DNA of 64,000 nucleotides, taken from assembly GCA_963705915.1 (NCBI GenBank), contig OY970126.1:515552-579551 (forward strand), given 5' to 3'. Source of the DNA: an uncultured bacterium (GTDB lineage: Bacteria; Patescibacteriota; Minisyncoccia; UBA6257; 2-01-FULL-56-20). The translations under genes and the position numbers were made by a program. The notes under the pieces are model-generated. The model made no database searches, was not told the origin of the DNA, and worked only from the letters and a program-made list of their open reading frames with translations. Each line of letters begins with the position of its first letter. Position 1 is the first letter of the stretch. Below, one piece after another: positions 10,254-22,183 of this stretch.

Positions 10254-10679
10254 TTATTCCGTAACCTCGATTCCCATATTCTTCGCAGTGCCGCGGATGA
10301 TCCGCTCGGCTGCGTCGAGGTCGGTCGTGTTGAGATCGGGAAGTTTCCGCTCGGCAATCGCGCGCACGTCGGCCTTCGTCACTTTGCCGACTTTCGCGGT
10401 GAGCGGATTCGCTGCGCCTTTCTCGATGCCAGCGGCTTTCTTGAGAAGCGCTGAAGCGGGCGGCGTTTTTAACGTGAACGAAAAACTGCGGTCTTCGTAG
10501 ATCGTGATCTCAGCAGGGACGATATCGCCACGCATATCTTTGGTTGCATCGTTGAACTGCTTGCAAAAATCCTGGATGTTAATACCTTGCGGGCCAAGCA
10601 CGGTGCCGACCGGCGGTGCAGGATTCGCAGCCCCTGCGGGGAGTTGCAACTTTAATACGGTTTTAATCTTCTTCGCCAT
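10254..10679 (-). CDS. rplK: 50S ribosomal protein L11
   Basis: [43 protein letters not shown] is a near-canonical L11 N-terminus. Confidence 0.95.
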   Translation of the reverse strand: MAKKIKTVLKLQLPAGAANPAPPVGTVLGPQGINIQDFCKQFNDATKDMRGDIVPAEITIYEDRSFSFTLKTPPASALLKKAAGIEKGAANPLTAKVGKVTKADVRAIAERKLPDLNTTDLDAAERIIRGTAKNMGIEVTE

Positions 10680-10735
10680 AGTAGGAATATGATAACCGAA
10701 GGAGTGGGTTAAATCAAGCGCCCAGGCCGAGGATC

Positions 10736-11233
10736 TTAAAACGGAATTTCTTCAGGCTTTATCTCGTTTTCGTCGTCAAGACTGATGATGGGCACCTCGT
10801 CTTCTTTTGCGTCATTGCTAACAGGCTTTATATCATCCCCTGACGGCACAGCGCCCGAAGCGCCACCCGACGCGGCACCGCGAAAACCTCCGCCTTGTCC
10901 GCCGCCTGGCCGCGGACCAAGCTGTAAGCGTTCCGCAACGACTTCTGTGGTTTTCCGTTGTCCCCCATTTTTATCCGTCCAACTGCGCGTCTGCAATCGT
11001 CCTTCGATTAAAACCATCGCGCCCTTCGTGAGATATTGCCCGGCGATCTCCGCCTGGCGGCCCCAGAGCACAACGTTATGAAATTCGGTTTCTTCTTGTT
11101 TCTGGTTGTTTTTATCCGTCCACACCCGATTGGTCGCGACGCCGATCGTCGTGACCGCCGAACCGCCCGGCGTTGTCCGCACCTGCGGATCTGCCGTCAC
11201 CCGTCCCACCAAAAGCACCTTGTTTAAATCCAT
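10736..11233 (-). CDS. ssb: Single-stranded DNA-binding protein
   Basis: OB-fold N-terminus [34 protein letters not shown], a Gly-rich linker, and an acidic C-terminal tail ending EEIPF. Confidence 0.9.
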   Translation of the reverse strand: MDLNKVLLVGRVTADPQVRTTPGGSAVTTIGVATNRVWTDKNNQKQEETEFHNVVLWGRQAEIAGQYLTKGAMVLIEGRLQTRSWTDKNGGQRKTTEVVAERLQLGPRPGGGQGGGFRGAASGGASGAVPSGDDIKPVSNDAKEDEVPIISLDDENEIKPEEIPF

Positions 11234-11337
11234 GGATTTTTTAGGTTTTGTTTAGGTTTATTGTATGACTTTGCATCTATAGTAGCAAATAGCACATTAA
11301 AAGAATCTAAAAAAACAATTAAAAATAAATAAAAATG

Positions 11338-11434
11338 CTAGGGCTTCCTGAGGGGCTCTCGGAGCCGCGAAGGCGGCGAGAGGCGAGGCGCGCGTCCAGT
11401 AGGACGCGACGCCGTACCCGAAGGAGGTCCTAGC
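11338..11434. repeat. Hairpin-flanked structured element, copy A (closing IR ctagggcttcc/ggaggtcctag with AT-rich extended arms; internal two-hairpin core)
   Basis: Perfect terminal inverted repeat. Core has CGGAG, then a hairpin with GAAG loop (gccgc-gaag-gcggc), then GAG, then a second hairpin (ggcg-cgcgtcc-agta-ggacgcg-a-cgcc) with a bulged A. Same architecture as copies B-D. Confidence 0.6.
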
Positions 11435-11444
11435 GTTTTTATTT

Positions 11445-11891
11445 TTATTGCAGAATCTCTTCTATTTTCTTCTCCAAGGCTTCGTTCGAAAGCGGACGCG
11501 GAGCTTGCGGCTTTGCGGCGGGAGCTTCAGCTCCCGGCGTTGCAGAGCGCATTGGTCGACGCGGTCGGCGCATGGCACCCATGTTCGGCATAATCTTTTC
11601 CGCGGCCGGCGGCGAGGCGATGATCATAGAACGCAAAACGTCGGTGCGTGAATTCAAATCTTTTTCCAAATTCTTGGCATTTTCCGGATAGGCGCGGAAG
11701 TTGCAGTACGCAAAGACCGCCTCCTTGTGCTTCTTGATTTCGTAGGCGAGCGCCAGGTTTCGGGCTTTCGGTTCAGCCGATATCTCTCCCTCATGTTGAC
11801 CGATGAGCGTTAAAACATTCGGTAAATCCGCCTCGGTTTTGATGAGAACGGCGATTTCGTATTCCTTTTTGTCGATATCCTCGCGATTCAT
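11445..11891 (-). CDS. rpsF: 30S ribosomal protein S6 with extended Ala/Pro-rich C-terminal tail
   Basis: YEIAVLIKTEADL...EGEISAEPKARNLAYEIKKHKEAVFAYCNFRAYPE matches the S6 fold. Sits upstream of ssb as in the conserved rpsF-ssb cluster. Confidence 0.85.
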   Translation of the reverse strand: MNREDIDKKEYEIAVLIKTEADLPNVLTLIGQHEGEISAEPKARNLALAYEIKKHKEAVFAYCNFRAYPENAKNLEKDLNSRTDVLRSMIIASPPAAEKIMPNMGAMRRPRRPMRSATPGAEAPAAKPQAPRPLSNEALEKKIEEILQ

Positions 11892-12070
11892 GTTTAGCTA
11901 TGATAGCAAGGGTTTCGGTGATTGTCCAGGCCTATTTTTTAATAAGAATTTAACCCCGCATATGGATAATGGATGATGCGGTGGGGATGGCACAATGGTT
12001 GACCCTGTCTTGGGGGCCAGGGTTCACGGGGTCCGGATTCCCCGCACCTCCACCGCGCTTTAATACAAAA

Positions 12071-12103
12071 CAAAAAGACCCGTTGATGGGTCTTTTTGTT
12101 TTG
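12071..12103 (-). terminator. Intrinsic terminator downstream of rpoBC (aagaccc-gttgatg-gggtctt plus T-run)
   Basis: Perfect hairpin followed by tttttgtttt, immediately 3' of the 12118 stop. Confidence 0.55.
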
Positions 12104-12117
12104 GCGAAGTCTATCGC

Positions 12118-15100
12118 CTATTTCTCAGATGCCCCACCGCTCGGTGCCGCCGCAGCAGCCACTTCCTCCTCTTCTATATCTTCTTCGTGAAGGATGTGAA
12201 CGCCTTCAATATCCTGTTTACCGGCCGGGATCAGGCGGCCGATGATGACGTTTTCCTTCAAGCCGCGGAGTTTGTCCACCTTGGCTTCGATGGCTGCTTT
12301 CACGAGGACACGAGATGTGTCTTGGAATGAAGCCGCGGAAAGGAATGATTCAGCAGAAAGTGCAATGCGGGTGATGCCAAGCAATACCTCTTCTGATTTG
12401 GCGAGTTTCGCGCCCTGTTTCTTGAGCTCCTTATTCACTTCGAGGAACTTGGACTTCTCAACAATCTCGCCCATCACGAAGTCAGGTGCATCGCCGCCTT
12501 CCGTAATCTTCACGCGCGAGAACATCTGCTTCACGATCATTTCGATATGCTTGTTGTTGATCGAAGCGCCTTCGGAGAGATAGATTTTCTGGACTTCATT
12601 CACAATGTAGCGAGCGACTTCACGCATGCCCTTGTGTTCATACAACTCGTGGATGTCGAGGTTGCCTTCGGTGAGGAGGTCGCCCTTCTGAACCTTGTCG
12701 CCCTGATGGGCAAAGAACACCGTGCCGCGCGGGACGCTCACTTCCTGAGCTTTGGCCTTCTTGTTTTCCGCGATAAAGCGGATCGTCTTCAAATTGCCCT
12801 TTTCTTCGATCTTATCCACCGTCCCGTCGAATGGTGCGAGGATAGCGCGGCCCTTCGGTGAACGGGTTTCGAAAATTTCTTCGACCCGCGGAAGGCCGTG
12901 CGTGATGTCGGCACCGGCGACACCGCCCGAGTGGAAGGTGCGCATGGTGAGTTGAGTGCCCGGTTCGCCGATGGACTGTGCGGCGAGAACGCCGACGGCC
13001 GTGCCAAAGGCAACCGGTTTGCTCACGCCGAGATCAAAGCCATAACAACGTGCGCAAATGCCATAAAGCGTTTTGCACGTGATGGGTGACCGCACGATGA
13101 CTTCATCAATCTTGGTTGCTTCGATCGCTTCGGCCATCTCCTTGGTGATGGTTTCATTCGCACGGACAAGAATCTTGTTGCCGACTTTGATGTCGTGAAG
13201 CGCGGTGCGGGAATAGAGTTTCGATGAAAAACTCTGATTGAATTCTTTGCCGTCGCTGCGGAGGATGTCGATGCCTTCCTTGGTGCGGCAATCTTCCTCG
13301 CGGATCGTGAGATCCTGCGACACGTCAACCAAACGGCGCGTGAGATAACCAGCCTGCGCGGTCTTCAAAGCGGTGTCGGTCGTGCCTTTGCGGGCGCCGT
13401 GCGTCGAGATGAAGTATTCGAGAACCGACAAACCCTCCTTTAGGGACGACTTCACGGGAAGTTCGATCGTCTCGCCTTTCGGGTTTTGCACGAGTCCTTT
13501 CATACCCATCATCTGGATCGGCTGCGACCATGAACCGCGGGAACCGGAATCAACGATCTGGTAAATAGAATTGTCGATCGGCAAAATGCCGGAGACAATC
13601 TTCGCGAGCTCATTCTTGGTGCGCTCCCAAACGCTGATGACGCGGCTGCGGCGTTCGGCTGCGGTGAGTAAGCCTTCCGCAAATTGTTCGTGGATGAGAT
13701 TCACTTCGGCGTCGGCCTTCTTCATCACTTCCACTTTTTCCGGCGGGATCACGAGATCTGCCATCGCCCAGGTGATACCGGAGGTCGTCGCCATGTCGAA
13801 ACCGAGGAACTTCACGCGGTCGATCACGTCGCGCGTGGCATCCATGCCGTGGTCATGGAAAATCTTACTGAGCAACTGGTTCAATTTCTTCTTTGTTATC
13901 ACGTCGTTCACGAACGGGATCGTATCGCCGAGGGCGCGATTGAAAACCAAGCGGCCGGCGGTCGTCTCTATACCCTTCACGATGATCGGTGTATGAAGCG
14001 TGATGGCGCCGAAATGATGCGCGAGGAGCGCCTCATCTAAGCCGGTCATATGCTTTACCGGACCCTGTCCTTCAATTCTGCGGGTGAGATAGTAGCAACC
14101 AAGGACAACGTCATTCCACGGACCCGGGATGAGATCACCGGTCGCAGGCTTGAGCAAGTTTTTGCCGGCGGACATGATTTCTTCCGCTTCTTTCTGTGCT
14201 GGTTCGGAGAGCGGCAAGTGAACGGCCATTTGGTCGCCGTCGAAGTCTGCGTTAAACGCTGCGCACACGAGCGGCGGCAATTTGATCGCCAAGCCTTCAA
14301 CGAGCTGCGGACGGAACGCCTGCACCGACAAGCGGTGCAACGTTGGAGCGCGGTTCAAAAGCACGCGCTTCCCCTGCATCACTTCTTCGAGAACGGCGAG
14401 CACTTCGGGCGTGTGTTCTTCCATGTAACGCGAGGCGCTGCGAATGTTATGGGCCAAGCCGCGCTTGATGATCTCGGAAACGACGAATGGGCGGAAAAGT
14501 TCCAAGGCCATGCGCTTCGGAATACCCATCTCGTCGAGCTTCAATTTTGGACCGACGACGATAACCGAACGGCCAGAGTAGTCCACACGCTTACCGAGCA
14601 AGTTCTGACGGAAGCGACCCTGTTTGCCTTTCAACATGTCGGCGAGCGAGCGAAGCGGACGGCGCTGAGCGCTAAGCTGCTGGGTGCCGAAACGGGCCGA
14701 GTTATCAATCAAGGCATCAACAGCTTCCTGCAGCATGCGCTTTTCGTTACGGACGATCACGTCCGGCGCTTTGATCTCGAGCAATTTCTTGAGGCGATTG
14801 TTGCGGTTGATCACGCGGCGATACAAATCGTTCAAGTCGGACGTGGCATAACGGCCGCCGTCGAGGGCCACCATCGGACGGAGATCCGGAGGCAGCACGG
14901 GGAGCGAGGTCATGATCATCCATTCCGGCCGAGAGCCATTGCGGATCATCGCTTTGAACATCTTGAGGCGACGAAGCAGCTTGCTCTGGGCGAGCGGATC
15001 TTTGGCGCCTTCGAGTTCGGTCTCAATCTTCTGGATTTCTTTCTTGAGATCCATCTTTTCGAGAATCGAACGGACGGCCTCTGCACCGGATGAAGCCTTG

Positions 15101-18100
15101 AAAATGTTGCCGAATTTGCGCGAGAGCGTGAAGTATTCGTTCTCTGAAAGAATCTGGCCGACATGCAAGTCTTCCAAATAATCCTTGGTGGTGTCGGCGG
15201 CTTCGAGAATCTCGCCTTTCACGGCTTTGTCTTTATTGCCGACGGTCTTTAATTTGCCCTTGAGTTCGCGATCCAACTCGGCGAGGGCTTCCTTGCGGTT
15301 GTCTTCTTTTATTTCCGTGATGATGTATGCCGAATAATAAATGACGCGCTCCAATTTCTGTGCCGACACATCGAGCGAGAGCGAAAGGCGCGACGGGATG
15401 CTCTTCAAAAACCAGATGTGGCTCGCGGGTGTCGCGAGGGCGATGTGGCCGATGCGTTCGCGGCGGACCGCTGCACGCGTCACTTCAACACCGCACTTGT
15501 CGCAGACAACGCCCTTATAGCGGATCCTGCGATATTTGCCGCAGTAGCATTCATAATCTTTCGTTGGGCCGAAAATGCGCTCGGAGAATAAGCCATCTTT
15601 TTCAGGCCGCTGCGTGCGGTAGTTGATCGTCTCGGGCTTCGTGACCTCGCCATGCGACCAGCGCGCAATGTCTTCCGGCGAGGCAACGGTGATACGCAAC
15701 GCCGAGAAGCTGTCTTTGCGATCGGTTTCTGATTCATAAAGCGGTTGGATGTTGAATCCGAGCGACTTCAATTCGTTCACCAACACATTGAACGAGGCCG
15801 GAACGTTCGGCTCTTTGATCTGTTCGCCGCGGATGATCGATTCGTATGCCGCAGCACGACCAATCACGTCATCGGATTTGATCGTGAGCATTTCCTGAAG
15901 CGTGTGTCGTGCGCCGTAGCCTTCGAGCGCCCAGACTTCCATCTCACCGAAGCGTTGGCCGCCGAACTGCGCTTTACCGCCAAGCGGCTGCTGAGTGATG
16001 AGCGAGTATGGACCGATCGAACGCATGTGCGCCTTGTCTTCCACAAGGTGGTTCAGCTTGAGCATATAGATCTGACCAACGGTCACGCGATTATCGAACG
16101 CAACGCCGGTGCGGCCGTCGAAGAGCTTCACTTTGCCGTCTTTCGGAAGGCCAGCTTTTTCGAGTTCCGTTTCGATTTCGGCTTGCGTGGCAGAATCGAG
16201 TCCCGGCGTGATGGCACGATAGCCGAGCTTCGAAGCAGCCCAACCAAGATGGGTTTCCAAAATTTGTCCGAGGTTCATACGGGAGATGACGCCGAGCGGA
16301 TTCAAAACGATGTCAACCGGCGTGCCGTCTTCGAGATACGGCATATCTTCCACGGCGCGCACTTGCGAGATGACCCCTTTGTTGCCGTGCCGTCCGGCGA
16401 GTTTGTCGCCCGCCTGCACTTTGCGGAGTTCTGCGATTTCAACCTGAATACGCCGGATGATGCCGGGTTCGAGTTTGTCGCCGCGTTCGCGATCGAACAC
16501 TTTTACGTTCACCACACGACCGATTTTACCGTGCGGAAGCGTGAGCGACGTATCTTTCACGTCGCGCGCTTTTTCACCGAAGATTGCGCGCAAAAGCCGC
16601 TCTTCTGAGGTGAGTTCCGATTCACCTTTCGGAGAAATTTTACCGACAAGAATGTCCCCCGCTTTCACTTCGGCGCCGATGCGGACGATGCCTTCTTCAT
16701 CAAGGTTCTTCAATTTATCTTCTGAAACGTTAGGGATGTCGTAGGTCGTCACTTCCGGACCAAGCTTCGTATCACGCACGTCGCAGGAATATTCATCAAT
16801 ATGGATAGAGGTGAAACGATCGTCGCGGACGACGCGCTCGGAAATGATGATGGCGTCCTCAAAGTTTGCACCTTCCCATGAGACGAAGCTCACCAGAAGA
16901 TTTTGGCCTAATGCGAGCACGCCGTTTTCAATGGAAGGTCCATCGGCGAGGATTTGCCCTTTCTTCACTTTGTCGCCGGACGTGACGAGCGGACGCTGGG
17001 AAATACAGGTGAACTGGTTTGAACGCTTGAATTTCTCAAGCGTGTAATTCTTGGTTGCTTTTGGATATCTCACTTTGAGATGGGCTCCATCAGCTTCGAG
17101 AATTTCGCCATTTTCTTCGGCGACGATCACGTAGCCGGAGTCGAGCGCCACTTTTTCCTCTTGACCCGTTGAAACATAAGGCGCATCAGGCTTTACGGAC
17201 ACGACTGCCTGGCGTTGCATGTTGGAACCCATGAGCGCCCGGTTCGCATCGTCGTGCTGCAAGAACGGAATGAGCGACGTGGCAACGGAAACGAATTCAT
17301 GCGGCGCGACGTCGATATAATCGACTTCGTCCGGCGTCACCGTTCCCGGCTCACCTTTAATACGCGCTTCGAGCAACGGGCCAACGAGTTTGTCGTTTTC
17401 ATCCCGCTTGCTGCCGGCATGGGTAATCTTGTATTTTTCTTCTTCCGAAGCATCCATCCAAACAACGTCTTTCGTAATGACACTGTTCGTCACCTTCATG
17501 TACGGCGCCTCAAGGAAACCGAAATCGTTGATGCGGGTGTAGCTTGCGAGGTAGTTGATGAGACCGATATTCGAACCTTCCGGCGTCTGAATTGGACAGA
17601 TGCGACCATAGTGCGAGCGGTGCACGTCGCGCACTTCGAAACTCGCGCGCTCACGGGTGAGACCGCCCGGACCGAGCGCGGAAATGCGGCGCTTATGCTC
17701 AAGCTCCGCGAGCGGGTTCACCTGGTCCATAAATTGCGAGAGCTGTGAGCTTGCGAAAAATTCTTTGATGACGGCTGCGATCGGGCGGAAATTCACGAGC
17801 TGTGCAGGTTGAAGATTGTCTTTGTCTTCGGTCGACATGCGGTCTTGAATGATACGACGCAAGCGAGCGAGACCGATACGCAAACGGCCCTGGAGTAATT
17901 CGCCGACCGCCTTTAAGCGGCGATTGCCCAGGTGGTCGATGTCGTCCGGTTCAGCATCCGGGTCGTTATTTAAAGCGATGATTTCACGGACAATCCCAAC
18001 GATATCATCGGCATCAAGGAGCTTATAGGTCTTTTTTTGATTGAAGTCCAAACGCTGATTCATCTTGTAGCGGCCCACCTCCGAAAGGTCGTAGCGGTCG

Positions 18101-18876
18101 GGGCGCTCAAACATCGCACTGATGAGATTCTTCGCTGTTTCTGCGTTCGCCGGATCGCCCGGGCGCAAACGGCGATAGATTTCAACATATGATTCCGCAG
18201 CGTCCTTTGCGACGTCTTTCTTGAGCGTTGCATCGATGTATTTAATGAGTCCCCCGTCAACATCCTTGAATGCCGCGTGGATTTTTTCGGTCGTGAGGCC
18301 AAAGATACGGAGCAAATCGGTGACGGGCACCTTGCGGTGACGGTCGATCTTCACGCCGATTTCACCGTTGATGTCAGTTTCAAATTCGAGCCATGCGCCG
18401 CGGTTTGGAATAATTTTTGCGCCGAAAAGCTGACGGCCGCGATACGGGGTCGCCGTAAAATACACGCCCGCCGAACGTACAAGCTGGGAAACGACAACGC
18501 GCTCAACGCCGTTCACGATGAATGTGCCGCGTCCCGTCATGATCGGGAAATCACCGAAATAGACTTCTTGCTTTTGCTCCTTCCCCGTCCGCTTATTCAC
18601 CAAGCGGAGCGTGCAGCGCAACGGCGCTTCGTACGTCGCTTCTTTGTAGCGTGCCGTCGCTTCGTCATATTTCGGCTCATCAAATCGATAGTCCGAAAAA
18701 TATAATTCAAACTCCTTCCCGGTATGATCCCGGATCGGCGAGATTTCTTCGAGGAGCTCGTTTAATCCTTTTTTAAGAAACCATTCGTAGGATTTGAGTT
18801 GAGCTTCGTTCAAATTGAACGGAGCGATGAGCGACTTTGATTTACCGAACTGCTTCGTTGAGGTAAATTTTGCCAT
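12118..18876 (-). CDS. rpoBC: DNA-directed RNA polymerase beta-beta' fusion protein (rpoB-rpoC in one 2252-aa reading frame)
   Basis: The N-terminal ~1049 aa carries beta signatures, for example [18 protein letters not shown] and ...[12 protein letters not shown] at its C-terminus. A short linker TDRKDS joins it in frame to the beta' N-terminus [77 protein letters not shown]. Beta' motifs NADFDGD and the trigger-loop region follow. The junction is at about 15730. Confidence 0.9.
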   Translation of the reverse strand: MAKFTSTKQFGKSKSLIAPFNLNEAQLKSYEWFLKKGLNELLEEISPIRDHTGKEFELYFSDYRFDEPKYDEATARYKEATYEAPLRCTLRLVNKRTGKEQKQEVYFGDFPIMTGRGTFIVNGVERVVVSQLVRSAGVYFTATPYRGRQLFGAKIIPNRGAWLEFETDINGEIGVKIDRHRKVPVTDLLRIFGLTTEKIHAAFKDVDGGLIKYIDATLKKDVAKDAAESYVEIYRRLRPGDPANAETAKNLISAMFERPDRYDLSEVGRYKMNQRLDFNQKKTYKLLDADDIVGIVREIIALNNDPDAEPDDIDHLGNRRLKAVGELLQGRLRIGLARLRRIIQDRMSTEDKDNLQPAQLVNFRPIAAVIKEFFASSQLSQFMDQVNPLAELEHKRRISALGPGGLTRERASFEVRDVHRSHYGRICPIQTPEGSNIGLINYLASYTRINDFGFLEAPYMKVTNSVITKDVVWMDASEEEKYKITHAGSKRDENDKLVGPLLEARIKGEPGTVTPDEVDYIDVAPHEFVSVATSLIPFLQHDDANRALMGSNMQRQAVVSVKPDAPYVSTGQEEKVALDSGYVIVAEENGEILEADGAHLKVRYPKATKNYTLEKFKRSNQFTCISQRPLVTSGDKVKKGQILADGPSIENGVLALGQNLLVSFVSWEGANFEDAIIISERVVRDDRFTSIHIDEYSCDVRDTKLGPEVTTYDIPNVSEDKLKNLDEEGIVRIGAEVKAGDILVGKISPKGESELTSEERLLRAIFGEKARDVKDTSLTLPHGKIGRVVNVKVFDRERGDKLEPGIIRRIQVEIAELRKVQAGDKLAGRHGNKGVISQVRAVEDMPYLEDGTPVDIVLNPLGVISRMNLGQILETHLGWAASKLGYRAITPGLDSATQAEIETELEKAGLPKDGKVKLFDGRTGVAFDNRVTVGQIYMLKLNHLVEDKAHMRSIGPYSLITQQPLGGKAQFGGQRFGEMEVWALEGYGARHTLQEMLTIKSDDVIGRAAAYESIIRGEQIKEPNVPASFNVLVNELKSLGFNIQPLYESETDRKDSFSALRITVASPEDIARWSHGEVTKPETINYRTQRPEKDGLFSERIFGPTKDYECYCGKYRRIRYKGVVCDKCGVEVTRAAVRRERIGHIALATPASHIWFLKSIPSRLSLSLDVSAQKLERVIYYSAYIITEIKEDNRKEALAELDRELKGKLKTVGNKDKAVKGEILEAADTTKDYLEDLHVGQILSENEYFTLSRKFGNIFKASSGAEAVRSILEKMDLKKEIQKIETELEGAKDPLAQSKLLRRLKMFKAMIRNGSRPEWMIMTSLPVLPPDLRPMVALDGGRYATSDLNDLYRRVINRNNRLKKLLEIKAPDVIVRNEKRMLQEAVDALIDNSARFGTQQLSAQRRPLRSLADMLKGKQGRFRQNLLGKRVDYSGRSVIVVGPKLKLDEMGIPKRMALELFRPFVVSEIIKRGLAHNIRSASRYMEEHTPEVLAVLEEVMQGKRVLLNRAPTLHRLSVQAFRPQLVEGLAIKLPPLVCAAFNADFDGDQMAVHLPLSEPAQKEAEEIMSAGKNLLKPATGDLIPGPWNDVVLGCYYLTRRIEGQGPVKHMTGLDEALLAHHFGAITLHTPIIVKGIETTAGRLVFNRALGDTIPFVNDVITKKKLNQLLSKIFHDHGMDATRDVIDRVKFLGFDMATTSGITWAMADLVIPPEKVEVMKKADAEVNLIHEQFAEGLLTAAERRSRVISVWERTKNELAKIVSGILPIDNSIYQIVDSGSRGSWSQPIQMMGMKGLVQNPKGETIELPVKSSLKEGLSVLEYFISTHGARKGTTDTALKTAQAGYLTRRLVDVSQDLTIREEDCRTKEGIDILRSDGKEFNQSFSSKLYSRTALHDIKVGNKILVRANETITKEMAEAIEATKIDEVIVRSPITCKTLYGICARCYGFDLGVSKPVAFGTAVGVLAAQSIGEPGTQLTMRTFHSGGVAGADITHGLPRVEEIFETRSPKGRAILAPFDGTVDKIEEKGNLKTIRFIAENKKAKAQEVSVPRGTVFFAHQGDKVQKGDLLTEGNLDIHELYEHKGMREVARYIVNEVQKIYLSEGASINNKHIEMIVKQMFSRVKITEGGDAPDFVMGEIVEKSKFLEVNKELKKQGAKLAKSEEVLLGITRIALSAESFLSAASFQDTSRVLVKAAIEAKVDKLRGLKENVIIGRLIPAGKQDIEGVHILHEEDIEEEEVAAAAAPSGGASEK

Positions 18877-19200
18877 GCGTAGTGATGAAAAATATATAAA
18901 ATATTTATTTTCTGGCGCAGTCCGTTTGATCGCAGTGACCAGCCGCGATCCGGGACGTTTGCCCTATAATGTGCCGGAACCCACGTTTTAACCCACGATG
19001 TATGCCCATTTCCAACGCGCGTTTTCGTCCTCACACGATAACGCGCAAAAAACGGCAAACCCCTCATTTCCTGTGAGGGATTCCGTTTATGAAGTTACGT
19101 TACTAAACATTATAGCCGTGCCAGAATCGTTGTCAAGGGCCCCCTGCATGGCTCACAACGTTACTACAATCGAGCCGTTGAAATACTTTCCAAGGATTCC

Positions 19201-20226
19201 CTATTGAGAGAGATACTTTCTCTGGTTCGCTTCCTGCTGGGCCAAGGTCGTTGCATAGATCGTCTGTCCGGTCGCAGGATCGGAAAGATAATAAAGATAG
19301 GGCGAACTTTGAGGATTGAGCGCTGCCTGAATTGCTGAAACGCCAGGATTACCGATCGGGCCGGGCGGCAAGCCTTTATAACGATAGGTGTTGTAGGGCG
19401 AATCGATTTTGAAATCGCTCGGGGCGAGCGTGCTGCACGTTCCGTTTATGGTATCCGGTGAAGTCGTCGCCAAAACAGCACCTGGCATCGTGAGCAATTT
19501 GGCATAGCAGACCGTTGCGTCAACGTCGAGTGGAATTCCCTCCTTCAGGCGTTTGAGCAAAATGCCCGCAACAATCTCCTGGTCGGTTTGGTCCGGCACT
19601 TCTTTTTCAACAATCGAAGCAAGAATCAAATCCTGTGCTTCGTCCTTTGTGTCGCTCGCAAAAAGCGGAGTTGCCTTGCCGTTAAAATTTGTTAAGAATT
19701 CTTCAACAACGCTTGAGGCATTGGCGTCGGTGAAGAAATTGTACGTGTCAGGGAAAAGTCGTCCCTCAAGCGTACTGCTACCCTTGGTGATTAAATCTTC
19801 ATTAAAAGAAACAAGTGTGCCAGGATGAATCACAAGCGCATTGCTCAATATCGAATCAATTTGATAGATATTCGAACCTTCAGGGATCGTGACGGTTGTT
19901 TCGTTTGCAGTACTCCCTGCGAGTGCCGTGGCAAGCTGCGGCGCCCATTCCGATCCACTCAATTTATAAAGCCCCGGCTTCAAATCGAGCGCCCGACCAC
20001 TCAGGAGTAAATAAAATTCGGTGGCGATGGGCGAACGGATGAGCCCCGCACTATAAAGGTTGTCGACCGTGCCGCGGAATCCGTCGCCCGACTTAATTTC
20101 GAAAACCTGTGGCCCCGCGCTCGCGTTGGCCGGCGAAAGATCGTAGACAAAAATTGCAGCAACGATGAAAACGAGGATTACCGTGAGGCCGCCGACAAGA
20201 CTTTTTTTATTAAAAAATATTTCCAT
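19201..20226 (-). CDS. mltG: Endolytic murein transglycosylase MltG/YceG family
   Basis: N-terminal TM anchor, then LFPDTY, SPYNTYRYKGLPPGPIGNPG motifs characteristic of YceG/MltG. Confidence 0.85.
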   Translation of the reverse strand: MEIFFNKKSLVGGLTVILVFIVAAIFVYDLSPANASAGPQVFEIKSGDGFRGTVDNLYSAGLIRSPIATEFYLLLSGRALDLKPGLYKLSGSEWAPQLATALAGSTANETTVTIPEGSNIYQIDSILSNALVIHPGTLVSFNEDLITKGSSTLEGRLFPDTYNFFTDANASSVVEEFLTNFNGKATPLFASDTKDEAQDLILASIVEKEVPDQTDQEIVAGILLKRLKEGIPLDVDATVCYAKLLTMPGAVLATTSPDTINGTCSTLAPSDFKIDSPYNTYRYKGLPPGPIGNPGVSAIQAALNPQSSPYLYYLSDPATGQTIYATTLAQQEANQRKYLSQ

Positions 20227-20230
20227 TGCG

Positions 20231-21277
20231 CTATGACTTTTTCCGTATCGAGTTAATCACGGCGAGCAAGAAAAAGTTTGCGAACATGCTCGATCCGCCA
20301 TAGCTCAAAAATGGAAACGTGACGCCGACGACCGGCAAGACGCCCGTTGTCGAGCCGGTATTCAAAAAGAATTGCATACCGAACATCACCGCAGCGCCAA
20401 GGCAAATAAATTTTTCAAAATTTTCATCGGCGAGCGCTCCGATGCGGAGGATCTGGAAAATGAGCGCGAGGAACGCAACGACGACCACGACGCCACCGAC
20501 AATCCCCCATTCTTCAATGAGCGCGGCGAAGATAAAATCTTCCGACGGCTCCGAAAGAAACCCGAGCTGGGTTTCCGAGCCCTGGCCATAACCCTTGCCC
20601 CAAAAGCCTGCCGAGCCGATCGCAATCTTCGATTGGGTGACGCTATAGTTGATGCCGAGCGCATTCGCCTGAGGGTCAAGAAAACCGATGATGCGGGCTC
20701 GGTGATAATCCTTTAAAACGTAGACCCATATGAACGCCCCGGCGAGCGCAAAGATGACAAGGGTGACGACGATGCGGCGCCACGGCAGTCCCGAGAGCAA
20801 GAGAAAACCGAACCAAATTGCAAAAAAGATGACCGCCGAGCCGAGGTCGGGCAGCTTCACCGCGATCGCAGCGGGGATGATAAAAAAGAAAAATGACGTA
20901 AAAATATTTTGCCACCGCGCAACGGCGAGGTGCCGCCGCGCAAAATAATTCGCGTACACGAAGATGAGCGCAACTTTCAAAAGTTCAACCGGCTGGATGC
21001 TGATCGGGCCGAATACGAGCCAGCTCTTCGTGTTGCGGATGACGGGGCCAAAAAGATATGCGGCAACGAGGAGCAAAAGCGATCCTCCGTAAAAAACCCA
21101 GACCACCCAGCGTGAATTGAAGATAGCGCGCGCGTCGACGAACATGAAGATGGCGACAAGCGCCATACCGACGACGATCCATATGATTTGGAGAACAAAA
21201 AAATGGAATGAAATCGCCGAAAGCATCACGAGACTTGCAGCGATGAGAATAGCAACGGGTATAAAAAGCGCGATCAT
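20231..21277 (-). CDS. ftsW: SEDS-family peptidoglycan glycosyltransferase (FtsW/RodA)
   Basis: Polytopic membrane protein with PSEDFIFAAL and FPFLSYGGSS motifs conserved in FtsW/RodA. Confidence 0.85.
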   Translation of the reverse strand: MIALFIPVAILIAASLVMLSAISFHFFVLQIIWIVVGMALVAIFMFVDARAIFNSRWVVWVFYGGSLLLLVAAYLFGPVIRNTKSWLVFGPISIQPVELLKVALIFVYANYFARRHLAVARWQNIFTSFFFFIIPAAIAVKLPDLGSAVIFFAIWFGFLLLSGLPWRRIVVTLVIFALAGAFIWVYVLKDYHRARIIGFLDPQANALGINYSVTQSKIAIGSAGFWGKGYGQGSETQLGFLSEPSEDFIFAALIEEWGIVGGVVVVVAFLALIFQILRIGALADENFEKFICLGAAVMFGMQFFLNTGSTTGVLPVVGVTFPFLSYGGSSMFANFFLLAVINSIRKKS

Positions 21278-21300
21278 GTGAATTGGAAAAATTATATCAC

Positions 21301-21423
21301 AAGGCGAAGAAGAGCGTCTGTCTTCAAGGGCTATCGGAGGCCGCGAAGGCGGCCGAGACTTCGAGCGGTCGCGCGAGCACGCGCGAACCGCGCACCTTGA
21401 AGATAGAGGCTCTTCTTCGCCTT
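21301..21423. repeat. Hairpin-flanked structured element, copy B (15-bp perfect closing IR aaggcgaagaagagc/gctcttcttcgcctt, inner 8-bp IR cttcaagg/ccttgaag, conserved core)
   Basis: Core cggag-[ggccgc gaag gcggcc]-gag-acttcg-[gcggt cgcgcg agca cgcgcg a accgc]. Lies in the intergenic gap between the 21424 stop and the ftsW start. Confidence 0.65.
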
Positions 21424-22155
21424 CTACATATTCGTTCTCAACGCATACGCTTCAAGTTCGTTGTTCGCCGGATTAATGCCGGGAATAGCTGGGTACATCA
21501 CCGAAAAACTTTCCGTTGTATTAGGAGCAAAATTATCAATCTCAGTTTGCGAAGAACCAATGGGATTGCCGTCTGCGTCTTTAAAAACCGCGACGATCAA
21601 AACGGTATCGAACGATGCGATGTCGTTGTTCGTAACCTGCCCGTTCACCGAAACGGTACTCGATCCATCTTGTGTTTGGATGTCGCTGAACGCAAATTGT
21701 GGCACGCCGCCCATCGACGAACTCACAACCCATTGTACGTTTGAGAGATCAAGCGAAAGATACGGGGCATTGACCGGGGCCTTATTCGGCGCAACAAGGT
21801 ATTTGATCTCATTCGGATAGATGTATGACGAGCCCGGGATCGTTTCAACGACCGTGCCCGATGCATTAAAAAAATCGAAATTATAATCGAACGCGACTGC
21901 GCCGAAATTGGAGTTTACGTTGGTAACTTTCGCGAGATAGGTGGCGCTTCCCGGCCCCGCCGAAAAAATCCAGACGGTCGACGTCGTGAGCCCCTGCGCC
22001 GCAGATGTTCCGCACGTGGGCCCGGTACACGGCGTTGGCGTAATCGCCGGTTTAATGAAGATATAATACATGCCCGCAAAGAATGCGAGCCAAAGAAGAC
22101 CGTAGAATGTGCCGTAAATGAGCTGTTTGGCCCGACGGGAAGACATATCATTCAT
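21424..22155 (-). CDS. Hypothetical membrane-anchored protein (start moved to MNDMSS... to clear the 5S rRNA 3' end)
   Basis: The ORF track extends to 22191, which would overlap the 5S rRNA. The internal start at 22155 is followed by a TM helix LIYGTFYGLLWLAFFAGMYYIF. Confidence 0.55.
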   Translation of the reverse strand: MNDMSSRRAKQLIYGTFYGLLWLAFFAGMYYIFIKPAITPTPCTGPTCGTSAAQGLTTSTVWIFSAGPGSATYLAKVTNVNSNFGAVAFDYNFDFFNASGTVVETIPGSSYIYPNEIKYLVAPNKAPVNAPYLSLDLSNVQWVVSSSMGGVPQFAFSDIQTQDGSSTVSVNGQVTNNDIASFDTVLIVAVFKDADGNPIGSSQTEIDNFAPNTTESFSVMYPAIPGINPANNELEAYALRTNM

Positions 22156-22183
22156 TATAGCAACAAAAAAACGGCCCTTTGAT

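Noticed and set aside
12242-18705. Numerous plus-strand ORFs of 60-350 aa, for example 14050..15093 (347 aa), 15745..16608 (287 aa), 17215..17748
   Set aside because: All lie antisense inside the rpoBC coding region. They have Arg/His/Val-rich shadow-frame composition typical of the opposite strand of a GC-rich gene, and no motifs.
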